Part shown: positions 31,690 to 42,401 of the stretch, piece after piece
Layout: each line of letters starts with the position of its first letter
Numbering within the stretch: position 1 is the stretch's first letter
Origin: an uncultured Nitrospiraceae bacterium
GTDB lineage: Bacteria > Nitrospirota > Thermodesulfovibrionia > Thermodesulfovibrionales > SM23-35
Reading direction: 5' to 3'
Assembly (NCBI GenBank): GCA_963727775.1
Contig: CAVSHB010000001.1
Coordinates: 256,001-320,000, forward strand
Length of the DNA: 64,000 nucleotides
Program-made: the position numbers and the translations under genes
Notes under the pieces: generated by a model
The model's input: the letters and a program-made list of their open reading frames with translations, nothing else
The model's database searches: none
What the model was told of the DNA's origin: nothing

Positions 31690-32148
31690 GTGAGGAAGAA
31701 CAAAGTTATGTCCACAATCGATGCTCAGCGGCTTGCGCTCCGTTCACAATCAAGAAGACCAAGGACGACTTTCATTCTCTGCTGCGCACTCCTCTTCCTG
31801 GGCTTGAACATTCCTCTCACTGTTTTTGCTGCTTCCTATGTCCCTGCTCCTCTTTATCATCAACATGAGAAGCAAGAAACTACTATGGGAATCGGTGAAA
31901 CGGTTTATCTGTTTCATAGCGGTACAGATGATGTAAAGAAGACTATTCACGTTGCCGACATCCTTACCGTTCACAGAATAAACCCTTCTTGCCAAGTCAC
32001 GACGGTCGGGAGGATTAAGGTATTATCTTACATCGGAGAAACCTATCTGAAGGGTATTGTCATCGAAGGTGAGATTAGGCCCAAGGACATCGCAAAAAAG
32101 GGAGATGTTTCTTGTCTCATAATTCTGGCAGGCGAGTGTCTTCCTTAG
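31690..32148 (+). CDS. Hypothetical exported protein
   Basis: Hydrophobic N-terminal segment plus a small beta domain, co-oriented within the kdp locus. Start uncertain. Confidence 0.65.
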   Translation: MRKNKVMSTIDAQRLALRSQSRRPRTTFILCCALLFLGLNIPLTVFAASYVPAPLYHQHEKQETTMGIGETVYLFHSGTDDVKKTIHVADILTVHRINPSCQVTTVGRIKVLSYIGETYLKGIVIEGEIRPKDIAKKGDVSCLIILAGECLP

Positions 32149-32230
32149 TCAACAATTCGTACCTCGCACATGTTTCTGATTTGTGCCAGTAGTCGAAAAG
32201 TGCCAAAATAGGGTGAGGAGGAGCAAAGGT

Positions 32231-34921
32231 ATGGAAGATCACAGGTCTGATCCTGATTTGCTTATCGATAGGATGCGCAGGGAAACCGAGCGGAAACGCG
32301 AGGGGCAGCTAAAGATTTTTTTCGGTGCGGCCCCTGGTGTAGGGAAGACCTATGCAATGCTTGGAGCCGCGCAGCAGAAGCGGACGGAAGGACTCAACGT
32401 TGTCGTAGGGCTTGTGGAGACCCACGGGAGGAAGGAAACAGAGGCGCTCCTTGCCGGGCTTGAAGTAATGCCACGCCGTCCCGTTGAATACCACGGCGCG
32501 ACGCTGTCTGAATTTGACATCGATGCTGCTCTAAAAAGGAAACCTGCGCTCATTCTGGTTGATGAACTGGCCCATACCAACGCTCCAGGATCACGCCATA
32601 AAAAGCGATGGCAGGACATATACGAACTGCTTGGCACAGGTATCAATGTATATACCACAGTAAATGTGCAGCACCTCGAAAGTCTGAACGACGTGGTCAC
32701 ACAGATTACCGGCATTAACGTGCGTGAAACCGTCCCCGATTTTCTTCTCGACCGGGCCGACGAAATTGAGCTTATCGACCTTCCTCCAGAAGACCTCTTG
32801 CAGCGCCTCAGGGAAGGGAAGGTATACGTGCCGGAAGTGGTATCACATGCGAGAAAGAACTTCTTCCGCAGAGGTAACCTGCTTGCGCTCCGCGAACTAG
32901 CTCTTCGCCGGACTGCCGAAAGGGTCGACGAGCAGATGCAGAGCTACCGGGAAGTGAAAGGGGTCACGGAGGTATGGCCTGCCGCAGAGCGGATATTGGT
33001 ATGTGTCGGTCCGAATCCCCGTTCGATACGGCTGATCCGGGCCGCAAAGAGAATGGCCGCAGGGCTCAGGGCTGAGTTGATAGCGGTTTACGTCGAGGCC
33101 CCTCACAAGGTGAAGCCGTCTGAAAGCGATCTTAGGCAGCTTGCCGAACATATGCGACTTGCCGAGAGTCTGGGGGCCGAGACCGTGACACTTTCAGCTC
33201 AAAAGGCAAGCGAGGAAATATTGAATTATGCCCGTGCCCGCAATGTCACAAAAATTCTTGTCGGCAAGCCGACCCATCCTCGATGGAAAGATAAGGTATT
33301 CGGTTCCATGCTCGATGAAGTTGTTCGCGGGAGCGGAGAGATCGATGTCTACGTGATAACCGGCGACACCGGCGAAGCGATGACCCGGCACGTTGCAAAA
33401 GCCGCCCTGCGGCGATCAAGCCCAAAAGAATGGGTTCTGTGCATCTCCAGTGTGGCAGTCTGCACGGGGCTTTCCGCTTTGGTGTTCCCCTATCTTACCC
33501 TTGTAGACATTGCTATGGTGTACCTTCTGGGTATTATGCTGGTTTCAAGCCGTGCAGGCAATAGGCCATCGTTGTTGGCGACCTTCCTAAGCGTAGCGGC
33601 CTTTGATTTCTTTTTTGTGCCACCGCGCTATACTTTTGCCGTAAGCGACGTGAAATATTTTTTCACCTTTGCCGTAATGTTCATTGTCGCCTTTGTCATC
33701 AGCAGGCTTACAATAAAGGTACGGGACCAGGCGACCGCGGCCAGACAGCGTGAGCGGAGAACTGCTGCCCTCTACAGCCTGAGCCGAAAACTGGTGCAAG
33801 AACGTGGGATAGAACAACTTAGCGTCATGGCGGTAAAGCATATCAGCGAGGTTTTCTCAAGCCATGTTGTCGTCCTTGTGCCGGATGAAAGAGAAACATT
33901 AACAATCCCGGTCACAGGCCCGGCCACTTTTGCCCTCGATCAAAAGGAACTGAGTGTAGCCCAATGGACCTTTACCCACAGACAAAGGGCTGGTCTCGGA
34001 ACCGATACCCTTTCCGGCGCCAAGGCGCTTTATCTGCCTTTGGTCGCCGCATCGAGAACGGTAGGAGTCATTGGGGTCATGCCCACCCATGCGGGCGGCT
34101 TCTTTGACCAGGAGCAGGTCCATGTTCTGGAGAGTTTCACAAACCAGATCGCTATGGCTATTGACCGCGCCATGCTCTCCCAAGAGGCCCAACAGGCCCT
34201 CCTGAAGGCTGAGACCGAGACTTTGCGAAACACACTCCTCAGTTCCGTCTCGCATGACCTGCGCACCCCTCTATCTGTGATCACAGGCGCAGCGACTGCT
34301 CTTCTTGATAAGGACATAAGCCTGACTCAATCGGGCAAAGAAGAGCTGATCCAGACTATTTATGAGGAGTCTGAACATTTGAACCAGATTATTCGCAATG
34401 TGCTCAATATGACACGCCTTGAGTCCGGGGCGATAACGGTGAAAAAGGAATGGCAGCCCGTTGAGGAGATTGTCGGCGCTGTGCTTGACCGGTTTGGGGA
34501 AAAGCTCAAAGATCGTCCTCTGACAATAGATCTGCCGGCCGATTTGCCGTTGGTCCCCTTTGATCCCTTACTCATAGAACAGGTGCTGATGAACCTCCTG
34601 GACAACACAGTTAAGTATACTCCACAAGGAACTCCTGTTGAACTTTCGGCAGCTGTTAAGGAAGGCAATATTATCGTTAATATAAGCGATCGAGGGCCCG
34701 GTATTCCACCGGGTGAAGAGGAGCGGATATTCGAGAAATTTGTTCGCGGTGCGGCAACAGGTGGCGGTATAGGACTGGGGCTCACCATTTGCTACGCGAT
34801 TGTCACTGCGCATGGCGGGAGGATATGGGCCGAGAACAGGACGGGAGGAGGCGCGGTTTTTAGTTTTGCTCTTCCTATTGGGGAATACCATCCCCAGCCT
34901 GAGATCGAGGAAAAAGTTTGA
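32231..34921 (+). CDS. kdpD: Sensor histidine kinase KdpD
   Basis: LKIFFGAAPGVGKT, VDELAHTN, Usp domain, four TMs, GAF, SHDLRTPL and HATPase. Confidence 0.97.
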   Translation: MEDHRSDPDLLIDRMRRETERKREGQLKIFFGAAPGVGKTYAMLGAAQQKRTEGLNVVVGLVETHGRKETEALLAGLEVMPRRPVEYHGATLSEFDIDAALKRKPALILVDELAHTNAPGSRHKKRWQDIYELLGTGINVYTTVNVQHLESLNDVVTQITGINVRETVPDFLLDRADEIELIDLPPEDLLQRLREGKVYVPEVVSHARKNFFRRGNLLALRELALRRTAERVDEQMQSYREVKGVTEVWPAAERILVCVGPNPRSIRLIRAAKRMAAGLRAELIAVYVEAPHKVKPSESDLRQLAEHMRLAESLGAETVTLSAQKASEEILNYARARNVTKILVGKPTHPRWKDKVFGSMLDEVVRGSGEIDVYVITGDTGEAMTRHVAKAALRRSSPKEWVLCISSVAVCTGLSALVFPYLTLVDIAMVYLLGIMLVSSRAGNRPSLLATFLSVAAFDFFFVPPRYTFAVSDVKYFFTFAVMFIVAFVISRLTIKVRDQATAARQRERRTAALYSLSRKLVQERGIEQLSVMAVKHISEVFSSHVVVLVPDERETLTIPVTGPATFALDQKELSVAQWTFTHRQRAGLGTDTLSGAKALYLPLVAASRTVGVIGVMPTHAGGFFDQEQVHVLESFTNQIAMAIDRAMLSQEAQQALLKAETETLRNTLLSSVSHDLRTPLSVITGAATALLDKDISLTQSGKEELIQTIYEESEHLNQIIRNVLNMTRLESGAITVKKEWQPVEEIVGAVLDRFGEKLKDRPLTIDLPADLPLVPFDPLLIEQVLMNLLDNTVKYTPQGTPVELSAAVKEGNIIVNISDRGPGIPPGEEERIFEKFVRGAATGGGIGLGLTICYAIVTAHGGRIWAENRTGGGAVFSFALPIGEYHPQPEIEEKV

Positions 34922-34957
34922 AACGAGACTCTTTTGAACGTATGGAAACAGGATAGC

Positions 34958-35665
34958 ATGTCAGAGGATAACGGACTAATTTTGCTGATCGAAGATGAGC
35001 CCCAGATGCGGCGTTTCCTCCGCATTACTTTGCAAGGCCACGGCTATCGGCTCGTTGAAGCTGACACAGGAGAAGAGGGATTGCAGCAGGCCATAACCCG
35101 AAATCCCGATATCGTACTCCTCGACCTTGGTTTGCCCGATATAGACGGGATTGAGGTTGCGAAAAGGTTTCGTGAGTGGAGTGAAGTGCTGCCGATCATA
35201 GTCATTTCCGCTCGGGAGCAGGAAGAAGATAAGATCAAGGCACTCGATGCGGGTGCCGACGACTATCTTACCAAACCATTTGGAGCCGGCGAGCTGCTCG
35301 CCCGAATACGTGTAGCCCTCCGTCACAGGGTCATGCAGCAGTCGGTTCAAAAAGACCCGGAGTTCACTCTGGGGGACCTCAGGGTGGATCTCGCAAAAAG
35401 GCGGGTATTTGTGAAAGATAAAGAGATCCATTTGACACCCATAGAATATCGGCTCCTGACCGTGTTAATTAAGAATGCCGGCAATGTTGTCACCCATACT
35501 CACCTTCTGAAGGAAGTATGGGGGCCACCGTATATAGGCCAGACTGAGTACCTTCGAGTATATATGGCACAACTCCGGCGTAAGCTCGAAGAAGATCCTG
35601 CGCAACCCAAGTTTTTGATAAACGAACCGGGTGTTGGCTACAGGTTGAAAGTTGATGTCGGGTAG
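34958..35665 (+). CDS. kdpE: Response regulator KdpE
   Basis: LDLGLPD receiver domain and YLRVYMAQLRRKLE winged HTH. Confidence 0.96.
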   Translation: MSEDNGLILLIEDEPQMRRFLRITLQGHGYRLVEADTGEEGLQQAITRNPDIVLLDLGLPDIDGIEVAKRFREWSEVLPIIVISAREQEEDKIKALDAGADDYLTKPFGAGELLARIRVALRHRVMQQSVQKDPEFTLGDLRVDLAKRRVFVKDKEIHLTPIEYRLLTVLIKNAGNVVTHTHLLKEVWGPPYIGQTEYLRVYMAQLRRKLEEDPAQPKFLINEPGVGYRLKVDVG

Positions 35666-35729
35666 GGTAACAACTTCGAATAAGCGTTATATATAGGAAT
35701 AGCATAAGATTAAACCTCACTATTTAATC

Positions 35730-37485
35730 ATAGGGGAGACTAATTTTATAGCTATTAAAAAAAGAAACCTTCTGCAAGAATATGTTTATGGAGAAACAAA
35801 ATTCTTTTGACAGGAGGTTTCTATGGAACAAGTAGATGGTATCAGACTTAGGGAGTTTCGACAAGTCAAGAAAGAGATACGTGGCTCCGACCAGTATTTG
35901 ATCGTCGGCATCGACGTGGCCAAAGAGAGGCACAATGCCTTTTTCGGCACGGCTAACGGTAAAACGCTGCACAAGGGAGTGATCTTTGACAACACGATTG
36001 AAGGATTTGAGAAACTGCTGACGCTGACAGAAGCACTTAAGGTTCAACATAACTTTACGAAGGCGGTCTTCGTCTTGAGCCCACAGCTAATTACCATAAG
36101 CCTTTGGGAGAGCATCTCATTAAGTGCGGGCATATGGTTGTTTTGTTATCGGGGGCGGCAGTAAAAAACAACCGACCGCTTCTGGATGGCAGATGGGACA
36201 AGCACGACACTAAGGATTCCGCAAACGTAGCCGACCTCATCTGTCAGGGGAAATTCCTCTACTATGAGTACCCGGACCCGAAGATGCAGGATCTGAGGAA
36301 TCTCCTTTCCTTAAAGAGACGACTCAAGAAAGAGGAGCACAGTATCCGGGTTCGCATCCGCAATCAGCTTCTGGCTCAGTATTTCCCTGAGATGGATCGG
36401 CATTTCGGCCCGGCAGTGAGCCTGGCCGTAGTCGGACGCTGTCTTAATCCCTCGGTAATCGCGGGGATGGAATTCGATGAATTCCGCAGGCATGTTGCCA
36501 TCAGCAGGATGAATATTGCCCAACAAAAGCTGTTGCATACAATTTGGCAGATAGCCCCTGAGTCCATTGGATGTTATGTAGGGGACGTAGTACCGTTCGA
36601 GGCGAAGGTGATGGTATCGAAGCTTAATCAGGTGCGAGAGACGATCAAAGAGGTGGAAGATAAAATAGAGGATATGTGCCTACAGTTTCCGGAATACCCA
36701 TGCCTTTTGAGTATCCCAGGCTTTGGGCCGGATGTTTCCTCAAAGGTCCTGGGAGCGATAGGTAATCCCTTTCGCTTTACGAGCTATAAGCAGATCCTGA
36801 AGATGGCTGGCTTCGATCTTTGCGCGGAACGCAGTGGAAAGGCTTCAAACGGCGCAACGCCGGTTATCTCCAAGCAAGGGAAAGCTGATCTTCGATATGC
36901 CTTGTATCAGGCTGCTTTCATCGCTTCCCATCATAACAAAGCCTTTATGACTTATTACACCAACAAGCTTAGAGGCAGACAGAGAGAAAAAGGAATCAGC
37001 ACGAAGATGCATGTTAAGCTGGCCGCAAAGCTCCTGGTTATTGCATGGACCCTGATGAAAAAGAAGGAGCTATTCGATCCAAAATATTTTAATAGGGAGG
37101 ATACTACAATATAGGTCTGATCGAAATAATTCAACTGGGGGCTTCCTGTGAAGCTGTTTCTGTTCCAAGAGCCCTAAAAAATTACTTTGATGCGGAGAGC
37201 CCGAGAATAAGCGTTGAGGCTGAATGACCTCGTGAATGACAATACAGGGCCTCTCACTGAACTTGAGAATTTGGATAAAGGATGATGGGCGGTCCCGCAT
37301 TGCGGAACATGCCGGATAAACGTAACGATAAGAAATCAGGTTCGCTTTAAGTGAGAAAAAGCATCACAGAATTACTCCGTCGTTCGCAAAAACGAAATAG
37401 GAGGGCTTTGCCCTTTAAACGGGTCAACAAGCAACCTTATTAATTTTTATAGACTATTTTTTTTATTGACAGGAGGCACTATAGG
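35730..37485 (+). mobile_element. IS110-family element with a long 3' non-coding end
   Basis: Shared ATAGG at the inferred ends (35730-35734, 37481-37485). Outward TTGACA at 37466. About 370 nt of non-coding sequence follows the ORF. Boundaries are inferred. Confidence 0.7.
35823..37114 (+). pseudogene. IS110 DEDD recombinase with a 1-bp frameshift at ~36072
   Basis: GIDVAK, then VF[G]LEPTANYH restored by adding one G, KHDTKDS, SIPGFG, ERSGK and ISKQG..DLRYALY. Confidence 0.9.
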
Positions 37486-37551
37486 ATGTCATTCCGCTGC
37501 GAAGTTGCGGAATAACACTTATTCGTTCTCGGCAATAGTGCCCTCTCTCTT

Positions 37552-38145
37552 TCAGGGCGTAACATTCACTCTGTAATACCCTTCGTCCGACCGTGGATCC
37601 CAGTTCTGTAAAAAATGGTCGAGGGCAGATGTTTTCCCTATAGGGATATGTCCATACAAAAAAGATAGCTGTTTTGCTGCCTCTGATTTTGGTGCTCCAT
37701 CCACGACGACCTTCCACATGGCGGCTGCAAGTCCGGATCTGTCCGCACCGGCCTGACAGTGTATCAAAATAGGACGAGGCGCGAATTTGAAAACCTTAAT
37801 AAGTTTATTGACTTCAGCATTATCAGGTTCTCGGTATGCCGATAGAGAGATGTCAAAGTGCGTCACATTATGCTTTGCACATGCCACTTTTTCCTCTTTA
37901 TACCATGAAGAACTGAGGTTTTCACCACGCAAATTCAGAACGCTCTTGATGTTATATTGTTTAATATAATACGCAAGCTCATCCCTGTTAAGTTGAGCCG
38001 ACCTGTAAGCTTCTCCCTGCGTGATCGGGTGAAAATTACCACGCTCCGTTACATACCAAAAATAAATTGCAGGTAAAAGAAGTAACAAAGTCAAAACTAT
38101 AATGAAATTCTTTGGTTTGCGTATCATCATCCCGCTATGTCCCAA
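37552..38145 (-). CDS. Dual-specificity/tyrosine phosphatase-like protein, membrane-anchored
   Basis: YRSAQ, VLNLRG and HCQAGADRSG (CX5R) motifs. Confidence 0.9.
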   Translation of the reverse strand: MGHSGMMIRKPKNFIIVLTLLLLLPAIYFWYVTERGNFHPITQGEAYRSAQLNRDELAYYIKQYNIKSVLNLRGENLSSSWYKEEKVACAKHNVTHFDISLSAYREPDNAEVNKLIKVFKFAPRPILIHCQAGADRSGLAAAMWKVVVDGAPKSEAAKQLSFLYGHIPIGKTSALDHFLQNWDPRSDEGYYRVNVTP

Positions 38146-38172
38146 TCCCTCGTATCTATCATTCTCTTAATA

Positions 38173-38319
38173 TACTAAGGAGGTCATAAGTAAGGCCACA
38201 TAAGTTGTCATTCCCGCAAGCGAAGCGCGTCGAGAATCCTTCTGAAAACAAAGAAAGATTCCGGACAAGCCGGAATGACATGGATGCTGAACGTGGCTTT
38301 ACTAATGACCGCATTAGTA
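38173..38319. repeat. MITE-like element enclosing GTCATTCC/GGAATGAC REP-type hairpins
   Basis: 27-bp terminal IRs (23/27). Inner TGTCATTCCCGCAAGC...GATTCCGGACAAGCCGGAATGACA (38206-38280). Confidence 0.8.
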
Positions 38320-38419
38320 ACTAAGCTCAAACATGGTCTGTCACCGATTCCCATTCCTTATCGCTTGAAATCTTTATTCCAGTTTGCCTATATTTTGTGA
38401 GGAACTGTAAAGCAATATC

Positions 38420-39448
38420 TTATTTCCCCACCACCAGGATCACAAAACTGTCTTTGATCATCGTCGGCCGCGGTCTCGATTCTCCTGGCGCTGACGCCGC
38501 TTGCGGAGCAAACTGTGCGGCAGGTAAATAGATATTGTGGGTCTTGGGATCGATCGCCATTGTGCGCGCTCCGCGTTGTGTTGCGACGGTATCGACAACC
38601 TCGAACTTGCCCGGAGACGACTCATGCATCACGGTGAGAGTGCCGTCCCCGTTAGAGCTGAAAGCCAACCCCGTCCCGGGATCGAAACCGTTTCCGTCCA
38701 CCCCTTCGCCGATCGGCACAGTGGCAATTACTTTGCCTGCCTCCGTGTCGAAAATGGCCATAATCTTATTGTGACATCCCACAAAGACCCGATGATACAC
38801 CGAATCAATTCCCATTCCTGTAGGCTCTTCGCAAGGCTTGAGTGAAGACCGCTTAGTTACCGTAAGCTTCCGGCTGTCGATTTCTACGACTTCGTTAGTG
38901 TCTTCGATATTCACGTATACCTTCCCCTTGTCATCCGCCGTCGCAAATTCCGGTTTGCCGCCGAGTGCAATCGTGGCTGCAACCTCTCCACTGAAGCCAT
39001 CGAATACCGTAGCATCCTTACTGCGGCCATTGAAATCGAATACCCGTTTTGAGGCAGGATCGTACAAAATGGCATCAGGATTTGTTCCAGTCTTCACCTG
39101 TCCAAGAACTTTCAGCGTTTTCAAATCGAAAATAGTCGCCGTATTTGCCCGCCCGTTGCTAATAAAGCCGCGATTCAACTCGGGTGCCACCGCGATTCCG
39201 TGTACGCCAGGAGTGTCGGGAATATCGCCTATCAATTTATCTGTGTCGATATCGACCACCATTACGTGGATGGACCGGGAAATGTACAGCCGCCGGGAAA
39301 CGCCATCTACAGCCAGATAGTCCCAGCCGCCTTCGCCGCCCAGTTGCAGTTTTTTGATCACATGATGCCCGGAATCCGCCGCATAGGCGACTGTGCCGAG
39401 AACCAGACCACAGAACAACAAAAGTGTTTTCAATGAAGATGTTTTCAA
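38420..39448 (-). CDS. YncE-family beta-propeller protein
   Basis: Signal peptide, GEGGWDYL, GVHGIA and repeated YVTN-like blades. Confidence 0.88.
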   Translation of the reverse strand: MKTSSLKTLLLFCGLVLGTVAYAADSGHHVIKKLQLGGEGGWDYLAVDGVSRRLYISRSIHVMVVDIDTDKLIGDIPDTPGVHGIAVAPELNRGFISNGRANTATIFDLKTLKVLGQVKTGTNPDAILYDPASKRVFDFNGRSKDATVFDGFSGEVAATIALGGKPEFATADDKGKVYVNIEDTNEVVEIDSRKLTVTKRSSLKPCEEPTGMGIDSVYHRVFVGCHNKIMAIFDTEAGKVIATVPIGEGVDGNGFDPGTGLAFSSNGDGTLTVMHESSPGKFEVVDTVATQRGARTMAIDPKTHNIYLPAAQFAPQAASAPGESRPRPTMIKDSFVILVVGK

Positions 39449-39583
39449 AAGTTACCACCTTTCGTCCGTTATTGTCCTTTTTCTTAACATAACAGTTTCC
39501 ACGGCTAATCTTCTACAATTACTCTTTTCTGAGGGAAATGTTGAGAGGAGAAAGCACCGACAAGACGGAAGGATTTTTGCTAT

Positions 39584-41620
39584 CTATAAAGATGTTTTCC
39601 CGTTAATTCCACTCCAGTGGATACTTTGATTCCTTCCCGTTCTTTTTGCCTGGTACAATGCCTTATCCGCCCTCTCGATAAGTTCTTCTTTTTTCTTAAT
39701 GTCCCCGGCACTTGTGGATATCCCGATGCTTATGGTCACGTTGAAATTATTTTCCCCGGATACAAATTTTGTGTCCATTACGGTTTTTCTCAATCTCTCG
39801 GCCATGTTCATCGCGCCTTTTTCATCGGTACCCGGCAACACTACCGCAAATTCCTCGCCCCCGTACCTTGCGGGGATGTCTATGTTTCTTATGGTCTTTT
39901 TGATCATGTCGGAGACTTTCTTCAGTACGGCGTCTCCGACCGGATGTCCATAGGTGTCATTTATCTTTTTGAAATAGTCTATGTCGATAAGGAGTAAAGA
40001 GATCGGCTCTGAAAACCTTTCAAGACGGCCGAATTCCTGCGTGAGTCTTTCCTGGAAATGTCTATGGTTGAACAGGCCTGTCAACCCGTCTGTTATCGCC
40101 AGCCGCTCAATTTCCGTGTAGAATTTGGCGTTTGCTATCGATGTCGACGCCTGATTCCCGAGGACCTCAAGGAGTTTGATCTGATGAGGGCTTATTGCGC
40201 TTGTCTTTTCCAAAAGGAGAGCAAGTATTCCCAGGAGGTCTTTTTCATATAGCATCGGGAGCACAAACACGGAGCCTGTGTTGTCCGTTTTGAAAGGCAT
40301 AATGGGAGAGCGATAGCTCCTGACATCCGAAATATAAACAGACTCTCTGTTCTTCACGGCCATATCGAGCAGTGTCCCTTTGATGTTGTATGTCTTTTTC
40401 CCGCGGGAATACAGGCCTGTCTGATATACGACCTCGAACCCTGTCCCCTGCGCCATAAAAAAGATTATCTCTGAAGGCGCTATCCTGTTTGCTCCGTCTA
40501 TCAAGCTTTGTACTATGACATCCATATTAAGTGAAGAGAGCAGTTTTGAGCTCTCCTCATTTAAAATCTTCAAAGCGGAATAGGAACGTTGTATCTGAGG
40601 GTAAACACGTTCCCTCTGCAATACCCTCATGACCTGGTTTGCGAATATCTGAAGAGTATCCATATCGACGCTGCTGAAGGCATGAAATCTTCCGCTGTCG
40701 GCAACCATAACGCCCAGGGGAAAATTCTCATCGATAACAGGCACTAATATCAGCGAAGAAATCTTGTCTTTTTTTAAATACCCCGGGTCAAGCTTTTGTC
40801 CATTCATATCTTCTGAAGAAATAAAAGATTTTCTGTCCTTAAAACAGAGATTTATCATGCCTCCTTCAGAGGGTATGATACCGCCTAATCCTTCTGTTGA
40901 GCATCTCAGCTTCAAACTGCCGCCTGATCCCGTAAAGAGGTTAACAGAATCTGCAAATACCATATTTTTCGCGACAGTAAGAAGTTCCTTGATTTCATCA
41001 TCGGGCTTGAACATCGACTCCAGGTAATCGGACACAATTTTTTCATTACTGAACAATTTTGTTTCTGCCTCCATGTCCTGATCTTTTTCCGCTTCTTCTG
41101 CGCCGGACAGCGGCGCTGCCAGGAGTTCTTTTTTGGTCCTGGTTTTGAGAAGTAAGGATAGGCCCGCGGTCACTGCCAATGACGCGACGAAGGCAGTCTC
41201 TTCAAAGCGCGTCATCTTGTTTAAAAAATTGTTTATCTCAAGGAAAGGAATGAAGATCAGAAGCGAGAGTACGGTCCTATGCCCGTAGAATGCAGCAAGA
41301 CATACCATAAACGGGAAATAGACTATCCTTAACCACGGCATGGCAAATGCCTGGATAATGCCGGCGAGCAACAGCGATAAGGAAAGGAGGAATTGCAGTG
41401 AATATTTTTTTTCTTTTTTTAAGAAGTAAAAGGCGGAACATACGGAGATCGTAGCGGAGCTGAAGACAAACCACGGGACTTGTCTTTTTAAAGGAAATTC
41501 GAATAATAATCCGAGATAGGTGAGAAAGAGAAGGAGAAACGGAAGCCAGCTTTTTATCCGGAAGCCCTGCCTCTTTTTATCTCCTCTTCCCTGAAGTATT
41601 TTCTGTACAATATTTCCCAC
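39584..41620 (-). CDS. Membrane GAF-GAF-GGDEF diguanylate cyclase
   Basis: N-terminal TMs, two GAF-like domains, TDGLTGLFN, DIDYFK and an RxxD I-site before RYGGEEF. Start uncertain. Confidence 0.92.
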   Translation of the reverse strand: MGNIVQKILQGRGDKKRQGFRIKSWLPFLLLFLTYLGLLFEFPLKRQVPWFVFSSATISVCSAFYFLKKEKKYSLQFLLSLSLLLAGIIQAFAMPWLRIVYFPFMVCLAAFYGHRTVLSLLIFIPFLEINNFLNKMTRFEETAFVASLAVTAGLSLLLKTRTKKELLAAPLSGAEEAEKDQDMEAETKLFSNEKIVSDYLESMFKPDDEIKELLTVAKNMVFADSVNLFTGSGGSLKLRCSTEGLGGIIPSEGGMINLCFKDRKSFISSEDMNGQKLDPGYLKKDKISSLILVPVIDENFPLGVMVADSGRFHAFSSVDMDTLQIFANQVMRVLQRERVYPQIQRSYSALKILNEESSKLLSSLNMDVIVQSLIDGANRIAPSEIIFFMAQGTGFEVVYQTGLYSRGKKTYNIKGTLLDMAVKNRESVYISDVRSYRSPIMPFKTDNTGSVFVLPMLYEKDLLGILALLLEKTSAISPHQIKLLEVLGNQASTSIANAKFYTEIERLAITDGLTGLFNHRHFQERLTQEFGRLERFSEPISLLLIDIDYFKKINDTYGHPVGDAVLKKVSDMIKKTIRNIDIPARYGGEEFAVVLPGTDEKGAMNMAERLRKTVMDTKFVSGENNFNVTISIGISTSAGDIKKKEELIERADKALYQAKRTGRNQSIHWSGINGKTSL

Positions 41621-41838
41621 TCAGGACTTCCCTCAACTACCTTTTTTGAAAACGACTGCAATTTCTTTCTGACGACGGAATCTATCTCTTCTCCCACCTT
41701 GAGTTCCGAAACAATAGTCCTCTTGATCTCCGCCCGTATCTTGCCTTCTTCCCCCGTCGCTTCAACGAGTTTTTTGGCGAGGAGCTCTTTAAGCAGTACA
41801 TGAGCAAGGTGCGAAATCTTGTCCTCGGAGAGCATCAT
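41554..41838 (-). CDS. DUF507-family protein
   Basis: LSEDKISHLAH ... EGSPEWEILY pattern. Confidence 0.8.
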   Translation of the reverse strand: MMLSEDKISHLAHVLLKELLAKKLVEATGEEGKIRAEIKRTIVSELKVGEEIDSVVRKKLQSFSKKVVEGSPEWEILYRKYFREEEIKRGRASG

Positions 41839-42116
41839 AAGACGATGTTTCTCTCCTTCACGATTTTCCGTTTTGTGAGATCGAAGAGCGTTCTATAGTC
41901 CATGCGTTCCTTCTCAATTTCAGAGGCGTGGCTTTTTAATATTTCCCTTACTTCGTCGTTGAGCCTGTCCTCCACAGTGAGTTCAGTAAGGATAAGCGTT
42001 TCCGCCGCTAAAAGAAGTTTTTCCGCAGATATGCCTGGTCTGACAAGATTTTTTGAAATGAGATTATCTATTATTTTTTTTGTTAAGAGAGGAACCCAGG
42101 TCTTGGGGATCCTCAT
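41835..42116 (-). CDS. DUF507-family protein
   Basis: EDRLNDEVREIL ... MDYRTLF pattern. Likely start MRIPK. Confidence 0.8.
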   Translation of the reverse strand: MRIPKTWVPLLTKKIIDNLISKNLVRPGISAEKLLLAAETLILTELTVEDRLNDEVREILKSHASEIEKERMDYRTLFDLTKRKIVKERNIVL

Positions 42117-42117
42117 C

Positions 42118-42378
42118 CTACTTTTCCGCGTAGGCAATCAATGCTATACTTCTTGCCCGTTTGATGCACTCAGACAGTTCTCTCTGATGTTTTGCACAGG
42201 TCCCGGTCATTCTCCTGGGGAGGATTTTTCCCCTTTCCGTCAGATAACTCTTGAGTATCTTGATATTCTTATAATCAATAAACTCCACTTTTTCCGAACA
42301 GAACCTGCAAAATTTCCTTCTCTGGAATGTTTTCCGCTGCAAACTGCCTCCTCTTTCTCTATTGCTTGAAGTAATCAT
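42118..42378 (-). CDS. rpsR: 30S ribosomal protein S18, zinc-binding type
   Basis: [18 protein letters not shown] and CAKHQR. Start uncertain. Confidence 0.97.
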   Translation of the reverse strand: MITSSNRERGGSLQRKTFQRRKFCRFCSEKVEFIDYKNIKILKSYLTERGKILPRRMTGTCAKHQRELSECIKRARSIALIAYAEK

Positions 42379-42401
42379 AATTTTCTTTTCCGTCCTTTAA
42401 T

